A stretch of DNA of 64,000 nt from an uncultured Clostridia bacterium (GCA_944384465.1 CALWTK010000005.1:87-64086); one strand, 5' to 3'; shown: positions 7,801 to 18,177, numbered from the stretch's first letter. Made by a program: numbers and translations. The notes: a model not told the origin generated them from the sequence alone.

Positions 7801-8491
7801 TAAAAATCTAGATTGGAAAGTGGCGACTCCAGCATTTGATGGTGCGACTGAAGAGGAGATCAAACAATTACTAAAAGAAAACAATTTACCTGAAGATGGT
7901 AAAATGCAATTATATGATGGTAGGACAGGTCTTCCATTTGAGAATAAGACTACAGTTGGTGTTATGTATATGTTGAAACTTGACCACATGGTAGATGATA
8001 AGATCCACGCTCGTGGCATAGGAACATATGCACTGATCACTCAACAACCTTTGGGAGGTAAAAGTCAACTTGGTGGACAGAGATTCGGTGAAATGGAAGT
8101 GTGGGCACTTGAAGCGTATGGCGCATCTAGATTGTTGCAAGAGATGCTGACAATCAAGTCGGACGACGTCGAAGGACGTATCAAGACATATGAAGCGATT
8201 GTGAAAGGTGAACCTATTCCAGAACCTGGCATGCCTGAATCATTCAAAGTATTGGTGAAAGAGATGCAGGGACTTTGCCTAGATGTACGTATTCTCACAG
8301 CGGATAATCACGAATTGACAATCAACGAAGTGAGTGAAGAGGGCGACGAAGTGAACAATGTAGAACCTGTGAATAAACAACCGCTTGAAGATATTACCTT
8401 GGAATTTGATGATATTCAAAATAATTATGAAAATGATGTCAACAGTACAGCATTTGATGAGTCTGAATTGTTTGACGATTTAGATGATTAA
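4817..8491 (+). CDS. rpoB: DNA-directed RNA polymerase subunit beta
   Basis: 1224 aa with conserved blocks 'FGPGGVKKERA', 'MGTNMQCQSVPL', 'GRYGNKGVIS' and 'GGQRFGEMEVWALEAYGA'. SD AAGGAG. Confidence 0.98.
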   Translation: MDSKTLNIKKIKQGKAERYSFSKIDVPYEMPDLLSIQKDSYKVFLEEDIGDILNEFNPIIDYSNKAELSFLGYTIDRTPKYSWAECKRRQTSYTVPLKVNVRLLVKETGQIMDQEVFMGDIPYMSNDGAFICNGVERVILNQLVKAPGVIFGEEINKYGRKEFNGAIQPSYGMWIQTEQAPGDMLRVVADRKFKMSLGVLLKCFGYTNEDMLEIFANHPFIKNTLEKEPQITQEDALVEFGRRTRPGEIPNPENTLSYINDRFFNPQHYNFEKVGRFKTNKKLALANRITNQIAAEDVKLGKKVFVSKGELITKDVAWAIQNAGINSVDVAVDDKVVRVVGNKRVDLKAYAKLNPEEFKITELVYLPLLQQLMKENKDDEEALKNAIRANARKLEDFQITLDDMVATISYHLNLIDGLGETDEIDNLSMRRVSTAGELLKKEFRSGMGKLQTQVREALQSRDLTDVTPSQIVNARHINKAFKEFMATSQLSSLMDQINPDASVRNKRRLSSFGPGGVKKERATAEVRDINPSHYGRICMVETPEGQPIGLVTSLAAYARVNRYGFIETPYRKVDPKTRKITDEVVYLMADEERDHYIAQSKIPTDENKVILDGYVECRHGGQTERVDASLIDMVDLSPKQLLSVGASLIPFVEYCSGNRALMGTNMQCQSVPLIRGESPIVGTGIEHKLAVDSGVMILAEQDGVCKYVSADYITMEYADGSIVNHRLRKFERTNQKTCFNQKPIVKKGEKVKKGDVLADGVSTDKGEVALGKNMTVAFMNWEGYNYEDAILINQRIVNEDAFTSITIQQVKTEARTTKLGDEEITRDIAGVGEEALKNLDENGIVRIGTEVKRGDILVGKVTPKGETDLTPEERLLKAIFGEKTKDVKNTSLKVKPGEEGVVVGIEVLSRKNKDELDAGVNVMVKVYIAQKRILQVGDKLAGRYGNKGVISVVLPESDMPYMPNGETVDIVLNPLGIPSRMNLGQLMELHLGWAAKNLDWKVATPAFDGATEEEIKQLLKENNLPEDGKMQLYDGRTGLPFENKTTVGVMYMLKLDHMVDDKIHARGIGTYALITQQPLGGKSQLGGQRFGEMEVWALEAYGASRLLQEMLTIKSDDVEGRIKTYEAIVKGEPIPEPGMPESFKVLVKEMQGLCLDVRILTADNHELTINEVSEEGDEVNNVEPVNKQPLEDITLEFDDIQNNYENDVNSTAFDESELFDDLDD

Positions 8492-8521
8492 TTATGATAA
8501 AATTTTAGGAGAAAAATAAAT

Positions 8522-11500
8522 ATGTTTGAATTAAACAATTTTGACTCAATTCGTGTAGGTATAGCTTCTCCAGAGATGATCAGAAGTTGGTCTCATGGGG
8601 AAGTTACCAAACCCGAAACCATAAATTATCGTACACAAAAGCCTGAAAAAGATGGCCTATTTTGTGAACGTATTTTTGGACCAAAGAAAGATTGGGAATG
8701 TCATTGTGGGAAATACAAAAGAGTAAGATACAAAGGTGTAATCTGTGACAAGTGTGGTGTTGAAGTTACTCGTAGCAAGGTTAGACGTGAACGTATGGGA
8801 CACATCGAACTTGCTTGTCCAGTCAGCCATATCTGGTTCTTCAAAGGTATTCCTTCACGTATTGGACTTGTGCTTGATATTCCTGTAAAACAATTGGATG
8901 AAGTGCTATATTACGTAAGCTATGTGGTGCTTGACCCTAAGAATACTGAATTTACTTACAAACAAGTTATTAGAGATAGAGAATATAGGGAAGCTGTTGA
9001 AAAATATGGCCCAAATGGCTTGCGTGTAGGCATGGGAGCTGAGGCAATCAAAGAATTGCTAAACGATGTTGACCTAGAGAAAGAACGCGATGAATTGACT
9101 AAAATCATGCACAATTCAAAAGGCCAAAAGAAGTTGAAAGCTACCAAAAAATTGGAAATCATTGAAGACTTTATCAAGAGTGGCAACAAGCCTAGTTGGA
9201 TGATATTGGACGTAATTCCAGTCATTCCACCAGATTTGAGACCGCTTGTTCAAATTGATGGTGGCAAATTCGCTGCAAGTGATCTAAATGACCTATATAG
9301 AAGGGTCATCAATCGTAACAATCGTTTGAAAAAGTTGATGGAATTAGGCGCTCCTGAGATCATCGTACGTAACGAAAAACGTATGTTACAGGAAGCAGTG
9401 GATGCATTATTTGATAATGGTAAACGTGGTCGTGCAGTACAAGGAAGCAGACAGCGTGATTTGAAATCATTGACCGCATCCTTGAAAGGTAAACACGGGC
9501 GTTTCCGTCAAAACCTTTTGGGTAAACGTGTCGACTATTCTGGACGTAGTGTTATTGTCATCGGGCCAGAACTCAAAATTTATCAGTGCGGGCTGCCTAA
9601 GATGATGGCGCTTGAGTTGTTCCGTCCGTTCATCATCAAGCGTTTACTTGAATTGAACGCTACAACCAATTTGAAGAAAGCTACTCGTATGATAGAGCAA
9701 GAACGCCCTATCGTATATGATATTTTGGCAGAGGTCGTTCAAGGACACCCTGTACTGCTAAACCGTGCACCTACTTTGCACAAACTGAGTGTACAAGCGT
9801 TCGAACCTATCCTTGTTGAAGGTAAAGCTATTCGTTTGCCAGCGCTTGCGTGTGGCGGCTTTAACGCCGACTTCGATGGTGACCAGATGAGTATGCACGT
9901 TCCTTTGTCTGTAGAGGCTAGGACGGAAGCTAGAATGTTGATGCTCGCTTCGAACAACGTATTGAAGCCAAGTGATGGTAAGCCAAATATGGTGCCATCT
10001 CAGGACATGATTTTGGGTAACTATTATTTGACGGCAATTCGTGAAGGTGCGAAAGGTGAAGGTATGACCTTTGGTAGCGAAGATGAAGCGCAACTTGCCT
10101 ATGAAAATGGTGATTTGAGTTTGCAAGCGAAGATCAGTCTGAGAAGAACCGCTATGTTTGAAGGGCAGCCTGTCGTAGGTAGAATTGAGACAACTCTTGG
10201 TAGAATTATTTTCAATCGTATCATTCCGCAAGATTTAGGGTTAGTTGACAGAAGCAAACGTGAAAACGTTTTGAAATTCGAGATAGATAAAGAAGTGAAA
10301 AAGGGTGATTATTCTTCCTTAATTGAGACATGCTATAGAAAACACGGCACAAATACTACAGTCACCATGATTGACGACATCAAAAACATGGGATTTAAAT
10401 ATAGTACTTTAGCTAGCGTATCATTCTCGATATATGATATTCCTAATCTGAAAGAAAGAGATGAGATCATTGAAGAAGCAGACAAAGTCGCTCGTCAAAA
10501 CGATGATCTGTTCATGCAAGGTTTCATGAACTATAGAGACAAACGTTCAAAGAATATGGCTGTTTGGGACAAAACATCAAACGAATTGGTTGATATGGTT
10601 GCAAAATCAGTAGATAAATTCAATTCTTTGAACATTATATTGCAATCTGGTGCGCGTGGTAACTTGGGTTATTATAGACAGATAAGTGGTATGTTGGGTA
10701 TCATGGACGCTATTAACAACATTTCTGATGTGCCAGTTAAGTCTAACTATAGGCGCGGTTTGAGCGCGCTTGAATACTATAGCGCTGCTCGTGCCAGCCG
10801 TAAACAGTTGATGGATACAGCATTGAAAACTGCTGACTCTGGTTATTTGACAAGAAGATTGGTAGATATCGCGCAAGATACTACTGTCACTGAAGAAGAT
10901 TGTTTTGCGAACCTTGGCGAACCTGTCAAAGGTATGGAGGTGTCTGAGATCAAACACGGCGGCACAGTCATTGAATCATTGTTCAATCGTATTGTTGGAA
11001 GATACACTTCTGCGCCTGTCATTCATCCTAAGACTAAAAAGGTCATCTGTGGAGAAGATGAATTCATCACTGATGAATTGGCTCAAGATATCGTTGATGC
11101 AGGCATAGAAAAGGTTGCGATTAGGACTCTTCTCACATGTAAAGCGAAAAATGGCGTTTGTGCTAAATGTTATGGTCGTGATATGTCCACTAACGACATT
11201 GTCCATGTAGGTGAAGCGGTCGGTGTTATAGCTGCTCAATCTATCGGTGAACCTGGTACACAGCTAGTATTGCGTACCTTCCACAGCGGTGGTGTCGCAT
11301 CTTCTGATATTACTACAGGTCTACCACGTGTTGAAGAAATATTCGAAGCACGTAATCCAAAAGGTGCTGCTGTAATCTGTGAAGTTGGCGGTAAGGTCAC
11401 AGTCAACCAGATCGACAAACGTTATGAAGTGGTCATCAAGGGTAGCACGGAAGAAAGTTATATCCTACCATTTGGTTCAGTATTGAAAGTGAAGACGGGT

Positions 11501-12088
11501 GACGTCGTTACACCGGGTACAGCTTTGACTGACGGACCATTGAACCCTAGAGATGTTTTGGTCACTCGCGGTGTCAAAGCAGTTCAAGAATATCTGTTGA
11601 ACGAAGTATTGGAAGTGTACAAATCACAATCAGTATCCATAAATGCTAAGCACTTGGAAATCATCATCAAACAGATGTTGAGAAAAGTTAAGATCGAAAA
11701 CCCTGGCGACACAGATTTGTTGCCTGGTGCGCTTGTGGATATTAGAGTTGCTGAAGAAGCGAATTTGAAGACGTTGCAAGAGGGCGGTGTGCCTGCCACT
11801 GTCAAACGTGAGTTGCAGGGTATCACAAAAGCATCTTTGACAACTGAAAGTTTCTTGTCAGCTGCATCCTTCCAGGAATCAAGCAATGTCTTGACAGAAG
11901 CTGCCTTGAAGGGTAAAGTTGACCACTTGGTTGGCTTGAAAGAAAATATCATTATAGGTAAAATGATACCTGCTGGTACGGGCTCAACTCAATACAGGAA
12001 CATCTTACCTAAACAGATAAAAGATGATAATGGCTCTCTGTCTAGTCAAGACGTAGCTATCAAATTTGATGATATAGAAGAAGAATAA
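8522..12088 (+). CDS. rpoC: DNA-directed RNA polymerase subunit beta'
   Basis: 1188 aa with an N-terminal Zn finger '[23 protein letters not shown]' and the catalytic 'NADFDGDQM'. It directly follows rpoB. Confidence 0.98.
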   Translation: MFELNNFDSIRVGIASPEMIRSWSHGEVTKPETINYRTQKPEKDGLFCERIFGPKKDWECHCGKYKRVRYKGVICDKCGVEVTRSKVRRERMGHIELACPVSHIWFFKGIPSRIGLVLDIPVKQLDEVLYYVSYVVLDPKNTEFTYKQVIRDREYREAVEKYGPNGLRVGMGAEAIKELLNDVDLEKERDELTKIMHNSKGQKKLKATKKLEIIEDFIKSGNKPSWMILDVIPVIPPDLRPLVQIDGGKFAASDLNDLYRRVINRNNRLKKLMELGAPEIIVRNEKRMLQEAVDALFDNGKRGRAVQGSRQRDLKSLTASLKGKHGRFRQNLLGKRVDYSGRSVIVIGPELKIYQCGLPKMMALELFRPFIIKRLLELNATTNLKKATRMIEQERPIVYDILAEVVQGHPVLLNRAPTLHKLSVQAFEPILVEGKAIRLPALACGGFNADFDGDQMSMHVPLSVEARTEARMLMLASNNVLKPSDGKPNMVPSQDMILGNYYLTAIREGAKGEGMTFGSEDEAQLAYENGDLSLQAKISLRRTAMFEGQPVVGRIETTLGRIIFNRIIPQDLGLVDRSKRENVLKFEIDKEVKKGDYSSLIETCYRKHGTNTTVTMIDDIKNMGFKYSTLASVSFSIYDIPNLKERDEIIEEADKVARQNDDLFMQGFMNYRDKRSKNMAVWDKTSNELVDMVAKSVDKFNSLNIILQSGARGNLGYYRQISGMLGIMDAINNISDVPVKSNYRRGLSALEYYSAARASRKQLMDTALKTADSGYLTRRLVDIAQDTTVTEEDCFANLGEPVKGMEVSEIKHGGTVIESLFNRIVGRYTSAPVIHPKTKKVICGEDEFITDELAQDIVDAGIEKVAIRTLLTCKAKNGVCAKCYGRDMSTNDIVHVGEAVGVIAAQSIGEPGTQLVLRTFHSGGVASSDITTGLPRVEEIFEARNPKGAAVICEVGGKVTVNQIDKRYEVVIKGSTEESYILPFGSVLKVKTGDVVTPGTALTDGPLNPRDVLVTRGVKAVQEYLLNEVLEVYKSQSVSINAKHLEIIIKQMLRKVKIENPGDTDLLPGALVDIRVAEEANLKTLQEGGVPATVKRELQGITKASLTTESFLSAASFQESSNVLTEAALKGKVDHLVGLKENIIIGKMIPAGTGSTQYRNILPKQIKDDNGSLSSQDVAIKFDDIEEE

Positions 12089-12098
12089 AATTGTAAAA

Positions 12099-12135
12099 AG
12101 GCTTTGCGAAAGCGAAGTCTTTTTTCATTTTTTTA
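12099..12135 (+). terminator. rpoC terminator
   Basis: GGCTTTGC-GAAA-GCGAAGTC hairpin (GNRA loop) followed by TTTTTTCATTTTTTT. Confidence 0.8.
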
Positions 12136-12284
12136 AAGGACTCTCTTGACGAAAATATTAAGTAAATTATTTTTTTAAAAATAAAAAATAAATAATAAAA
12201 AAATATGTTGAAAATCCAACTTTTATCTATTTTATAGTTGACTAGCGAGTTTTCAAAAAATTAAAAAATATTATCTCAAAACTA

Positions 12285-12313
12285 TTTACAAATTTAAAAT
12301 TATGTGCTAATAT
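12285..12313 (+). promoter_or_regulatory. sigma-A-type promoter
   Basis: TTTACA (12285-12290), 17 nt, TGc-TAATAT (12308-12313). Confidence 0.6.
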
Positions 12314-12337
12314 GTAGGCATAAATAGGAGGAGAGAT

Positions 12338-12706
12338 ATGAACAATCCTACAAACATGATCCAAGCTAAAATACAATATGGGAATGGTGTGCTTGAGTTG
12401 CTTGCCTCAATGAGGGCAACATACAAACCTTCTAAAAAACGCACCATTATTCAAACTATGATTGTTAAAAACAATAAACTGATTGTGTCTCCTAAAAAAG
12501 AAGGCTCAACGACTGTATCTCCAGACAATGTTAAAGGCTTGATTGCTGAATTTAGAAAACGTAGAGAAATGACTGCTTCAAAAATGGAAATTAATATGTT
12601 ATTAGAAAATAAAGAAAAACACAATTTGAGTAAACATGTTAAAAAGGTCATCAAAGAGCAGGCAAAAGAAGATAGAAAAGCAGCAAAAAGTCAAGCAAGC
12701 CTCTAA
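12338..12706 (+). CDS. hypothetical Lys-rich protein
   Basis: 122-aa ORF with strong SD AGGAGG, its own promoter (12285-12313) and its own terminator (12726-12748). No motif recognised. Confidence 0.55.
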   Translation: MNNPTNMIQAKIQYGNGVLELLASMRATYKPSKKRTIIQTMIVKNNKLIVSPKKEGSTTVSPDNVKGLIAEFRKRREMTASKMEINMLLENKEKHNLSKHVKKVIKEQAKEDRKAAKSQASL

Positions 12707-12725
12707 TATGTAATTGATTATTTTG

Positions 12726-12748
12726 ACTCCCGTATGGGAGTTTTTTTC
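12726..12748 (+). terminator. Rho-independent terminator
   Basis: ACTCCC-GTAT-GGGAGT followed by T7. Confidence 0.85.
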
Positions 12749-12808
12749 TTTAACTAAAATAGGTGTAGTAGAGCTAAATATTTTATTCAAAATTATTCAA
12801 CATTTTAT

Positions 12809-12837
12809 TTTACATTGAAAAATTTTTATGATATAAT
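12809..12837 (+). promoter_or_regulatory. promoter of the HicB-like bicistron
   Basis: TTTACA (12809-12814), 17 nt, TGa-TATAAT (12832-12837). Confidence 0.65.
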
Positions 12838-12863
12838 CTTATTAATTAATTTTGTGAGGGATT

Positions 12864-13121
12864 ATGAAAGATTTAGTTTATCCAGCAATAGTTTATAAAG
12901 ATGAAGAAGAAAATGGTTACACTATTTCCATACAAGATTTAGGTATAGTGACAGAGGGGGAGACTGTCGTCGATGCTTACATCAAGGCTAAACAATATTT
13001 AGCTGCACTGGTGGATTGTGCTATTAAATTCGATTGTGACATTGAGTCCCCTAGTGAATTTGAAAAAGTTTACAAAGAAAATAAAAAGAATATTGTTTTA
13101 TTAGTAGATGCATTGTCATAG
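12864..13121 (+). CDS. HicB-like (UPF0150) antitoxin-fold protein, N-domain only
   Basis: 85 aa. 'YPAIVYKDEEENGYTISIQDLGIVTEGETVVDAYIKAKQYLAALVD' follows the HicB N-domain pattern (YPA.. ..GY.. ..DLPG..T.G.T..EA...A.EAL). No C-terminal DNA-binding domain. Confidence 0.5.
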   Translation: MKDLVYPAIVYKDEEENGYTISIQDLGIVTEGETVVDAYIKAKQYLAALVDCAIKFDCDIESPSEFEKVYKENKKNIVLLVDALS

Positions 13122-13130
13122 AGGTGTTTT

Positions 13131-13658
13131 ATGACTAAAGTAAACATGCAAAATTGGCCACAATTGGATTTTTTAATAAACAATTTTTTTGAAATCATTG
13201 AGTACAAGCGTGGACGTGGTATTTATGGAGATAGGGTGGTTTTGAAACGACCAAAGCGAGCAGAAGCGGTGTTCGGAGAACCTGAGCGTTTGCAAGAATT
13301 TTATTATATGGACGCTAACGCAGTGAAGGAATTTCCAAGGACAATTTTAGAGAAAATCAAATTTATCTGCAGATTCGTCACTTCGCCAGAGAGCATGAAT
13401 ATCCTGTGTGAATTCGACAGATCTAACGGAATAGAACCTAACGAATGGGCAATTGAAACAAAAAAACAACTAGAAGATGCTAAATCTTTAGATTATGGTG
13501 TATTGAATAAAATTTTATTAGAAAGATACAAGTTATTAGATAGCAATTTCTTGAGCAAATTGAAAAAACATAGAGAAAAACAATATTTTCTCGCCAGCAG
13601 TGATGAATTTAACTTCATTTCAAAAGAGTATGCCAATCAACAAATTGAGATCTTGTAA
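13131..13658 (+). CDS. hypothetical protein (partner of the HicB-like gene)
   Basis: 175-aa ORF starting 9 nt after the HicB-like stop, with SD GAGGTG. The two genes share a promoter and terminator. No motif recognised. Confidence 0.6.
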   Translation: MTKVNMQNWPQLDFLINNFFEIIEYKRGRGIYGDRVVLKRPKRAEAVFGEPERLQEFYYMDANAVKEFPRTILEKIKFICRFVTSPESMNILCEFDRSNGIEPNEWAIETKKQLEDAKSLDYGVLNKILLERYKLLDSNFLSKLKKHREKQYFLASSDEFNFISKEYANQQIEIL

Positions 13659-13667
13659 CAAAAAAAT

Positions 13668-13706
13668 TTGTTATGTTGCTTTATTCGACATAACAAGTTT
13701 TTTTTC
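13668..13706 (+). terminator. terminator of the HicB-like bicistron
   Basis: TTGTTATGT-N11-ACATAACAA (9 bp) followed by a T-run. Confidence 0.75.
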
Positions 13707-13773
13707 TTGAAATAAAATTTATTTATCCACTTAAACTATTTATGTAAACTTTACAAATTGTCAGTGATTTTGT

Positions 13774-13802
13774 TTGACAAAATTCTTGATATTTATTACA
13801 AT
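13774..13802 (+). promoter_or_regulatory. promoter of the 1270-aa surface protein gene
   Basis: TTGACA (13774-13779), 17 nt, TACAAT (13797-13802). Confidence 0.65.
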
Positions 13803-13836
13803 AAACTAGACTAATATATTTATTTAGGAGACTACA

Positions 13837-16800
13837 ATGAAAGTAATTAACAAAATGAACAAATATTTCAAAATTATCTTGTGTTTCATGGCGTTCGCAG
13901 TGTTGAGTTTTATCTCTGCATTTAGTCCAGTGCTTACATCTTTTGCAGTGGATTATACTGTCGAAAGTTATAATGTTGCGATCAACTCAATCAAGATGCC
14001 TAAGAATACAGTGGATGCTTCAAACGATGAAGAATTTAAAATTCCACTATTGTCATCTAGTATGGGTGTTTCCGCTCCTACTGATTACACCATTCGTGTA
14101 ATTGACCCAGCTGGTCAGAGCCATGACTATGTGGTCGGCGGGGCAGAGAATGATGCGACATATTTTGATGATACCCAAATTGAGAGTGATTATATCACAA
14201 TAAAAGCACTAAATAACGGGAAATATGACATTTTATATATTGTGACTCAAGATGGTAGGACGTATTATTCCAACACTTATAGTGTGACTGTTACAAACAT
14301 ATCTTATGAATTGGATTTCACTGACAGCGATGGCGTTAAAAAATTGGTTCCATCTGCTTTGAGGACTGGTGGTGATAGGATTGAGATCCCTGTTGCTAAT
14401 GTGAAAGTTGCAGATAGTGAAGACGAATCTGTCGTTGCAACAGTTATCCCTGTTGTTACTGTCAATGGTGCTCCATATGATGCTAATGATAGTGAATATT
14501 TCGTATATGAAGATGGTGTTTACTATATCAATCCTACTGTAAGCGGAACTTACACTATTGAATATTCTTATAAACAGGGCAGCAACCCACCTACAAGGAC
14601 TTATACAATCACTGTTCAAGACGATTTCGTTCAACCAACTAGCAGAGACCTGAATATAACTACTCCTACTATGCCTACTGTAGAGTTGGGAGACAAAGCG
14701 GTCACTTTACCATCTTTGACTTTGAGCGACAATTATAATGACAATGTTGACTACAACATTGAGTCAATAGTTATCACTAAGACTACAGACAGCAATATCT
14801 CTATAACATTGACTAATAATACACTTGAATTTGATATGACAAAAGAAGAATTCAATGTAGATAGTTATGCAGAATTGGTAGGCAACTATGATGTTCAATA
14901 CAATGTCATTGATGCATACGGAAATAGAAAACAATATACTGGTACAATTAGAAATGTGACTGACAATACTAGACCTAGTGTATATATGGCGTATGACTAC
15001 GATCTTGATGCTGATACTAAACTTCCTGTACAGGTTGAGAATGAAGACGGCGAATGGGTAGACGACGTTAGGACTGACTATGCCGTTGACCTAAAGGCGA
15101 GATACGGATATTCTGAACTCGTGTTGCCTGCGATCTATGCTACAGATAATGTAAGTGATTATAGTGAATTTACTTTCATTCGTTATATACAAAATACCAA
15201 CACTCACACAATCTATTATATTGATAACTTGAGAGTGGAAGACGGCGAAGTAGTTGCGGTAAATGAAGGCGAGACAGGATACAACTATTCTGGCGATGAA
15301 AATATTGGGCACTTCAACAAAGCGGTTACTTTCCAATTCTCTGAAGATAATAGCGACATTTCAGACTATGCTGGTGAATATACTTTGGGATACTATGTAG
15401 TATCAAATACAGTATCTAGACAAGAAAATTATGTATATTCATCAGGTACTACTAGATATACCTTTACAGTATTATCATCAGCACAAGTAAGTAATGATCC
15501 AGAAAATACATCTACTCCTACTATTGAAATAAATAACGTTAAAAACAATACTACTATTGATAGTGATGACACAATTAGCGTCAATGTTACATCAAAAGAT
15601 GATATTGATACACGTGTAAAAAATGCAGTATACTATTATTATTCAACAACTTCAATGAATGGTTTAGAAGAGGATATTCAATCTGCTATTGATACAGTCG
15701 GCTTGGACACTACAAGTGATTATTATAATAGAAAATGCAACGTCCTTGATGATGAAAAATTCTTGACCGCAATGCAAAATTTAGGCTACGAGGGATTTGG
15801 TATTTCAAGCGTAAGTGCTGATAACTCAAATACTTTTGATGTAAAATTAAATAATTACAACGAACAATTATCTGCAACTATCGTTGCTGTAGCAATCAAT
15901 GATAACGGAAATATCAACACTGATACTAGAAGTATTCAAATCAAAAATTTAGAAGAGACTGAAGCTCCAGATTTCACTATTATAGATGGTGGAGATTTCG
16001 TAAGTGGTGGTGTTGACCTAAGTACCGACACTATTCTTAACAATATACAAAAAGATCAAGTTGCGACTGTAGAATTACCTACATTGCAATTTACAGATGC
16101 TGATTCATCTTTGGCACTTGATGTATCATATTATATTGGTACACCTGAAGGGACAAATACAGGCTTACAATATTTCTCTCCTACAGGGAAACAATTGAAA
16201 AACAATACAATAGATGGTGGACAAATAATCACCAGCGCTCCTGGAACATATTATGTTGTCTACACAGCAACAGATGACGCAGGAAACACTACAGTTGTAT
16301 ACTTCACATTTACAGTTAATGATAGTTCAGATCCAATTCTGTCAGTTGATGTTGAAGGCGATGATGTTACAATGTCAGGCAATACTGTAACGGCAGAAGC
16401 GGGTAGCATAATATCATTCGATCCAACGCTGTTCTCTTCGGACGGCAGAACGAATTTGACTGATGATGTAAATACTACAATTGACTACACGATAGACGAT
16501 AACGGAGATGGTCTTGATTATAAAGCTACTGGCGATTATCTAACCTTCCAATTCAACGATGTTGGCGAATATGCAATAACATTTACAGGTTCATACAATG
16601 GCAGAACTGCAATTGAAAAAACAGTTTATGTGTCTATCACATTGCCTGAATTGACTTGGGATTTTGATATTACGGTTCCTGAATATGCTCAACAGGGCGA
16701 AGAAATCTTATTGCCAGATTTGACAGCTAGCCAAGGAGATCAAAAAGCTGAAGTAGAAGTGACAGTTGAAGATCCAGATGGTTTGAGCGTTACAGTTGAT

Positions 16801-17649
16801 AGGATTGTCAATGCTAACGATCAAGGTACAGGCGCAATGGTATGGAGATTTACAACGAAAGAAAATGTTCGCGGAACATATGTTGTAACCTATACTGCTA
16901 GAACTGATAATGGAACAATAGAACGCACATTCAATATCAAAGTCGGTGATAATGTTGCTCCGACATTCACTATGAGTTATGAAAATGAATTGAGTCAAGA
17001 TATTGTATATGATGGCACTAATCAAATAGAATATAGAATTGACCTAAATAGGACTCAAAGGACTATGACGATCACAGTTATGAGTAACGGAAATACTATC
17101 TATTCTTATGAATTCAACAATGACAACTTGTTAATTCAAGATAGAAATGACTCAGGTACTCAAACTACTATGAGTTGGTCAGATTTGGAAGTTACTTTGA
17201 CCAGTGATGATGGAATCGTTACAAGTGGAGATAATGACGGACAATATTATATCAACGGAACAGGTAGATGCACTTTGACATTATCTATAGAAGATAACTA
17301 CGATAATGTCGGAACAAAGACAATTAATTTCAATATTGTTACAGAATCTTCTCCAAGCGAAGTTCCAGATTCTATTGTTGGTGCTGTATTGATTGTGGCT
17401 TCTTTAGTAATTCTAGCTGTTGTGATTTTGGTATTTGCCTTTACTGGTAAGAAGGGAGGCTCTTCAAAGTCAAAGAAGAAAAAAGACGACATTGTTGTAG
17501 AAAACAATAGCAGTGATAAGTCTAGCAAGGCAGAAAAGAAAGAGGAAGCTAAAGTCGAAGAAAAAGCAGACGAAAGCACTGAAGAAGTAAAGGAAACCGA
17601 AAAAGACGACAATACTGATACTGAAGCAAAATCAGGCGAAGTTGAATAG
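13837..17649 (+). CDS. large surface protein, Ig-like repeats, C-terminal TM anchor
   Basis: 1270 aa. It has an N-terminal signal/TM (FKIILCFMAFAVLSFISAF) and repeated beta-domain signatures of the 'D..GN....Y.......V.D' type (e.g. VIDAYGNRKQYTGTIRNVTD, TATDDAGNTTVVYFTFTVND). A C-terminal TM (GAVLIVASLVILAVVILVFAF) is followed by a K/E-rich tail. No LPXTG. Confidence 0.85.
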   Translation: MKVINKMNKYFKIILCFMAFAVLSFISAFSPVLTSFAVDYTVESYNVAINSIKMPKNTVDASNDEEFKIPLLSSSMGVSAPTDYTIRVIDPAGQSHDYVVGGAENDATYFDDTQIESDYITIKALNNGKYDILYIVTQDGRTYYSNTYSVTVTNISYELDFTDSDGVKKLVPSALRTGGDRIEIPVANVKVADSEDESVVATVIPVVTVNGAPYDANDSEYFVYEDGVYYINPTVSGTYTIEYSYKQGSNPPTRTYTITVQDDFVQPTSRDLNITTPTMPTVELGDKAVTLPSLTLSDNYNDNVDYNIESIVITKTTDSNISITLTNNTLEFDMTKEEFNVDSYAELVGNYDVQYNVIDAYGNRKQYTGTIRNVTDNTRPSVYMAYDYDLDADTKLPVQVENEDGEWVDDVRTDYAVDLKARYGYSELVLPAIYATDNVSDYSEFTFIRYIQNTNTHTIYYIDNLRVEDGEVVAVNEGETGYNYSGDENIGHFNKAVTFQFSEDNSDISDYAGEYTLGYYVVSNTVSRQENYVYSSGTTRYTFTVLSSAQVSNDPENTSTPTIEINNVKNNTTIDSDDTISVNVTSKDDIDTRVKNAVYYYYSTTSMNGLEEDIQSAIDTVGLDTTSDYYNRKCNVLDDEKFLTAMQNLGYEGFGISSVSADNSNTFDVKLNNYNEQLSATIVAVAINDNGNINTDTRSIQIKNLEETEAPDFTIIDGGDFVSGGVDLSTDTILNNIQKDQVATVELPTLQFTDADSSLALDVSYYIGTPEGTNTGLQYFSPTGKQLKNNTIDGGQIITSAPGTYYVVYTATDDAGNTTVVYFTFTVNDSSDPILSVDVEGDDVTMSGNTVTAEAGSIISFDPTLFSSDGRTNLTDDVNTTIDYTIDDNGDGLDYKATGDYLTFQFNDVGEYAITFTGSYNGRTAIEKTVYVSITLPELTWDFDITVPEYAQQGEEILLPDLTASQGDQKAEVEVTVEDPDGLSVTVDRIVNANDQGTGAMVWRFTTKENVRGTYVVTYTARTDNGTIERTFNIKVGDNVAPTFTMSYENELSQDIVYDGTNQIEYRIDLNRTQRTMTITVMSNGNTIYSYEFNNDNLLIQDRNDSGTQTTMSWSDLEVTLTSDDGIVTSGDNDGQYYINGTGRCTLTLSIEDNYDNVGTKTINFNIVTESSPSEVPDSIVGAVLIVASLVILAVVILVFAFTGKKGGSSKSKKKKDDIVVENNSSDKSSKAEKKEEAKVEEKADESTEEVKETEKDDNTDTEAKSGEVE

Positions 17650-17659
17650 GTCATTTAAA

Positions 17660-17696
17660 AGAGAGTTAGTATAAAAATTAACTCTCTATTTCTTTT
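17660..17696 (+). terminator. terminator of the 1270-aa gene
   Basis: AGAGAGTTA-N10-TAACTCTCT followed by ATTTCTTTT. Confidence 0.7.
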
Positions 17697-17763
17697 ATAT
17701 ACCTATAGAAATTGGTAGAAATTTTAATAAGCTTTGTGTTATACTATACATAGGAGTTACAGA

Positions 17764-18141
17764 ATGTTAAGTGATTTACAAATAAAAAATATTAAAAATG
17801 CGGGGCAAATTATTTTTTCAACATCAAATTTAAATAATCAACCTAGAAGTATTTGGGTTGTTCCTAGCAAGATAGAAAAAAACAGGATCATTCTTTCTAA
17901 TATTCAAATGAATAAAAGCTTCAAAAATATAGAGGAAAACCCTAAATGTTTTTTAAACGTTCTAATGCCAGAACAAAATGATTTACAATATAAAATTGAA
18001 GGTGTTGCAAAACTATATCAAGATGGTAAATTATTTGAGAAAATAAAAAAACTAGAAGAAACTGAAAATTTACCTCCTGAATTAAAAGTTTGTGCAATAA
18101 TTGTAATTAAATTGACTTCATTTGAACAATCAAATGGGTAA
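17764..18141 (+). CDS. pyridoxamine 5'-phosphate oxidase-like FMN-binding family protein
   Basis: 125 aa from the ATG at 17764 (SD TAGGAG). The split-barrel-like pattern is a weak recognition. The track start at 17734 is a TTG that overlaps the -10 box. Confidence 0.45.
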   Translation: MLSDLQIKNIKNAGQIIFSTSNLNNQPRSIWVVPSKIEKNRIILSNIQMNKSFKNIEENPKCFLNVLMPEQNDLQYKIEGVAKLYQDGKLFEKIKKLEETENLPPELKVCAIIVIKLTSFEQSNG

Positions 18142-18177
18142 CTTTTTATAACATAAATTTCAATGTAAAATAAAAAA

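Noticed and set aside
4817-12088. Many 60-170-aa antisense or out-of-frame ORFs inside rpoB/rpoC. The same occurs inside uvrB, uvrA, groEL, valS, tig, clpP/clpX and the three giant genes.
   Set aside because: They are fully embedded in strongly supported conserved genes, have low-complexity or odd composition, and lack SDs and promoters. They are typical shadow ORFs.
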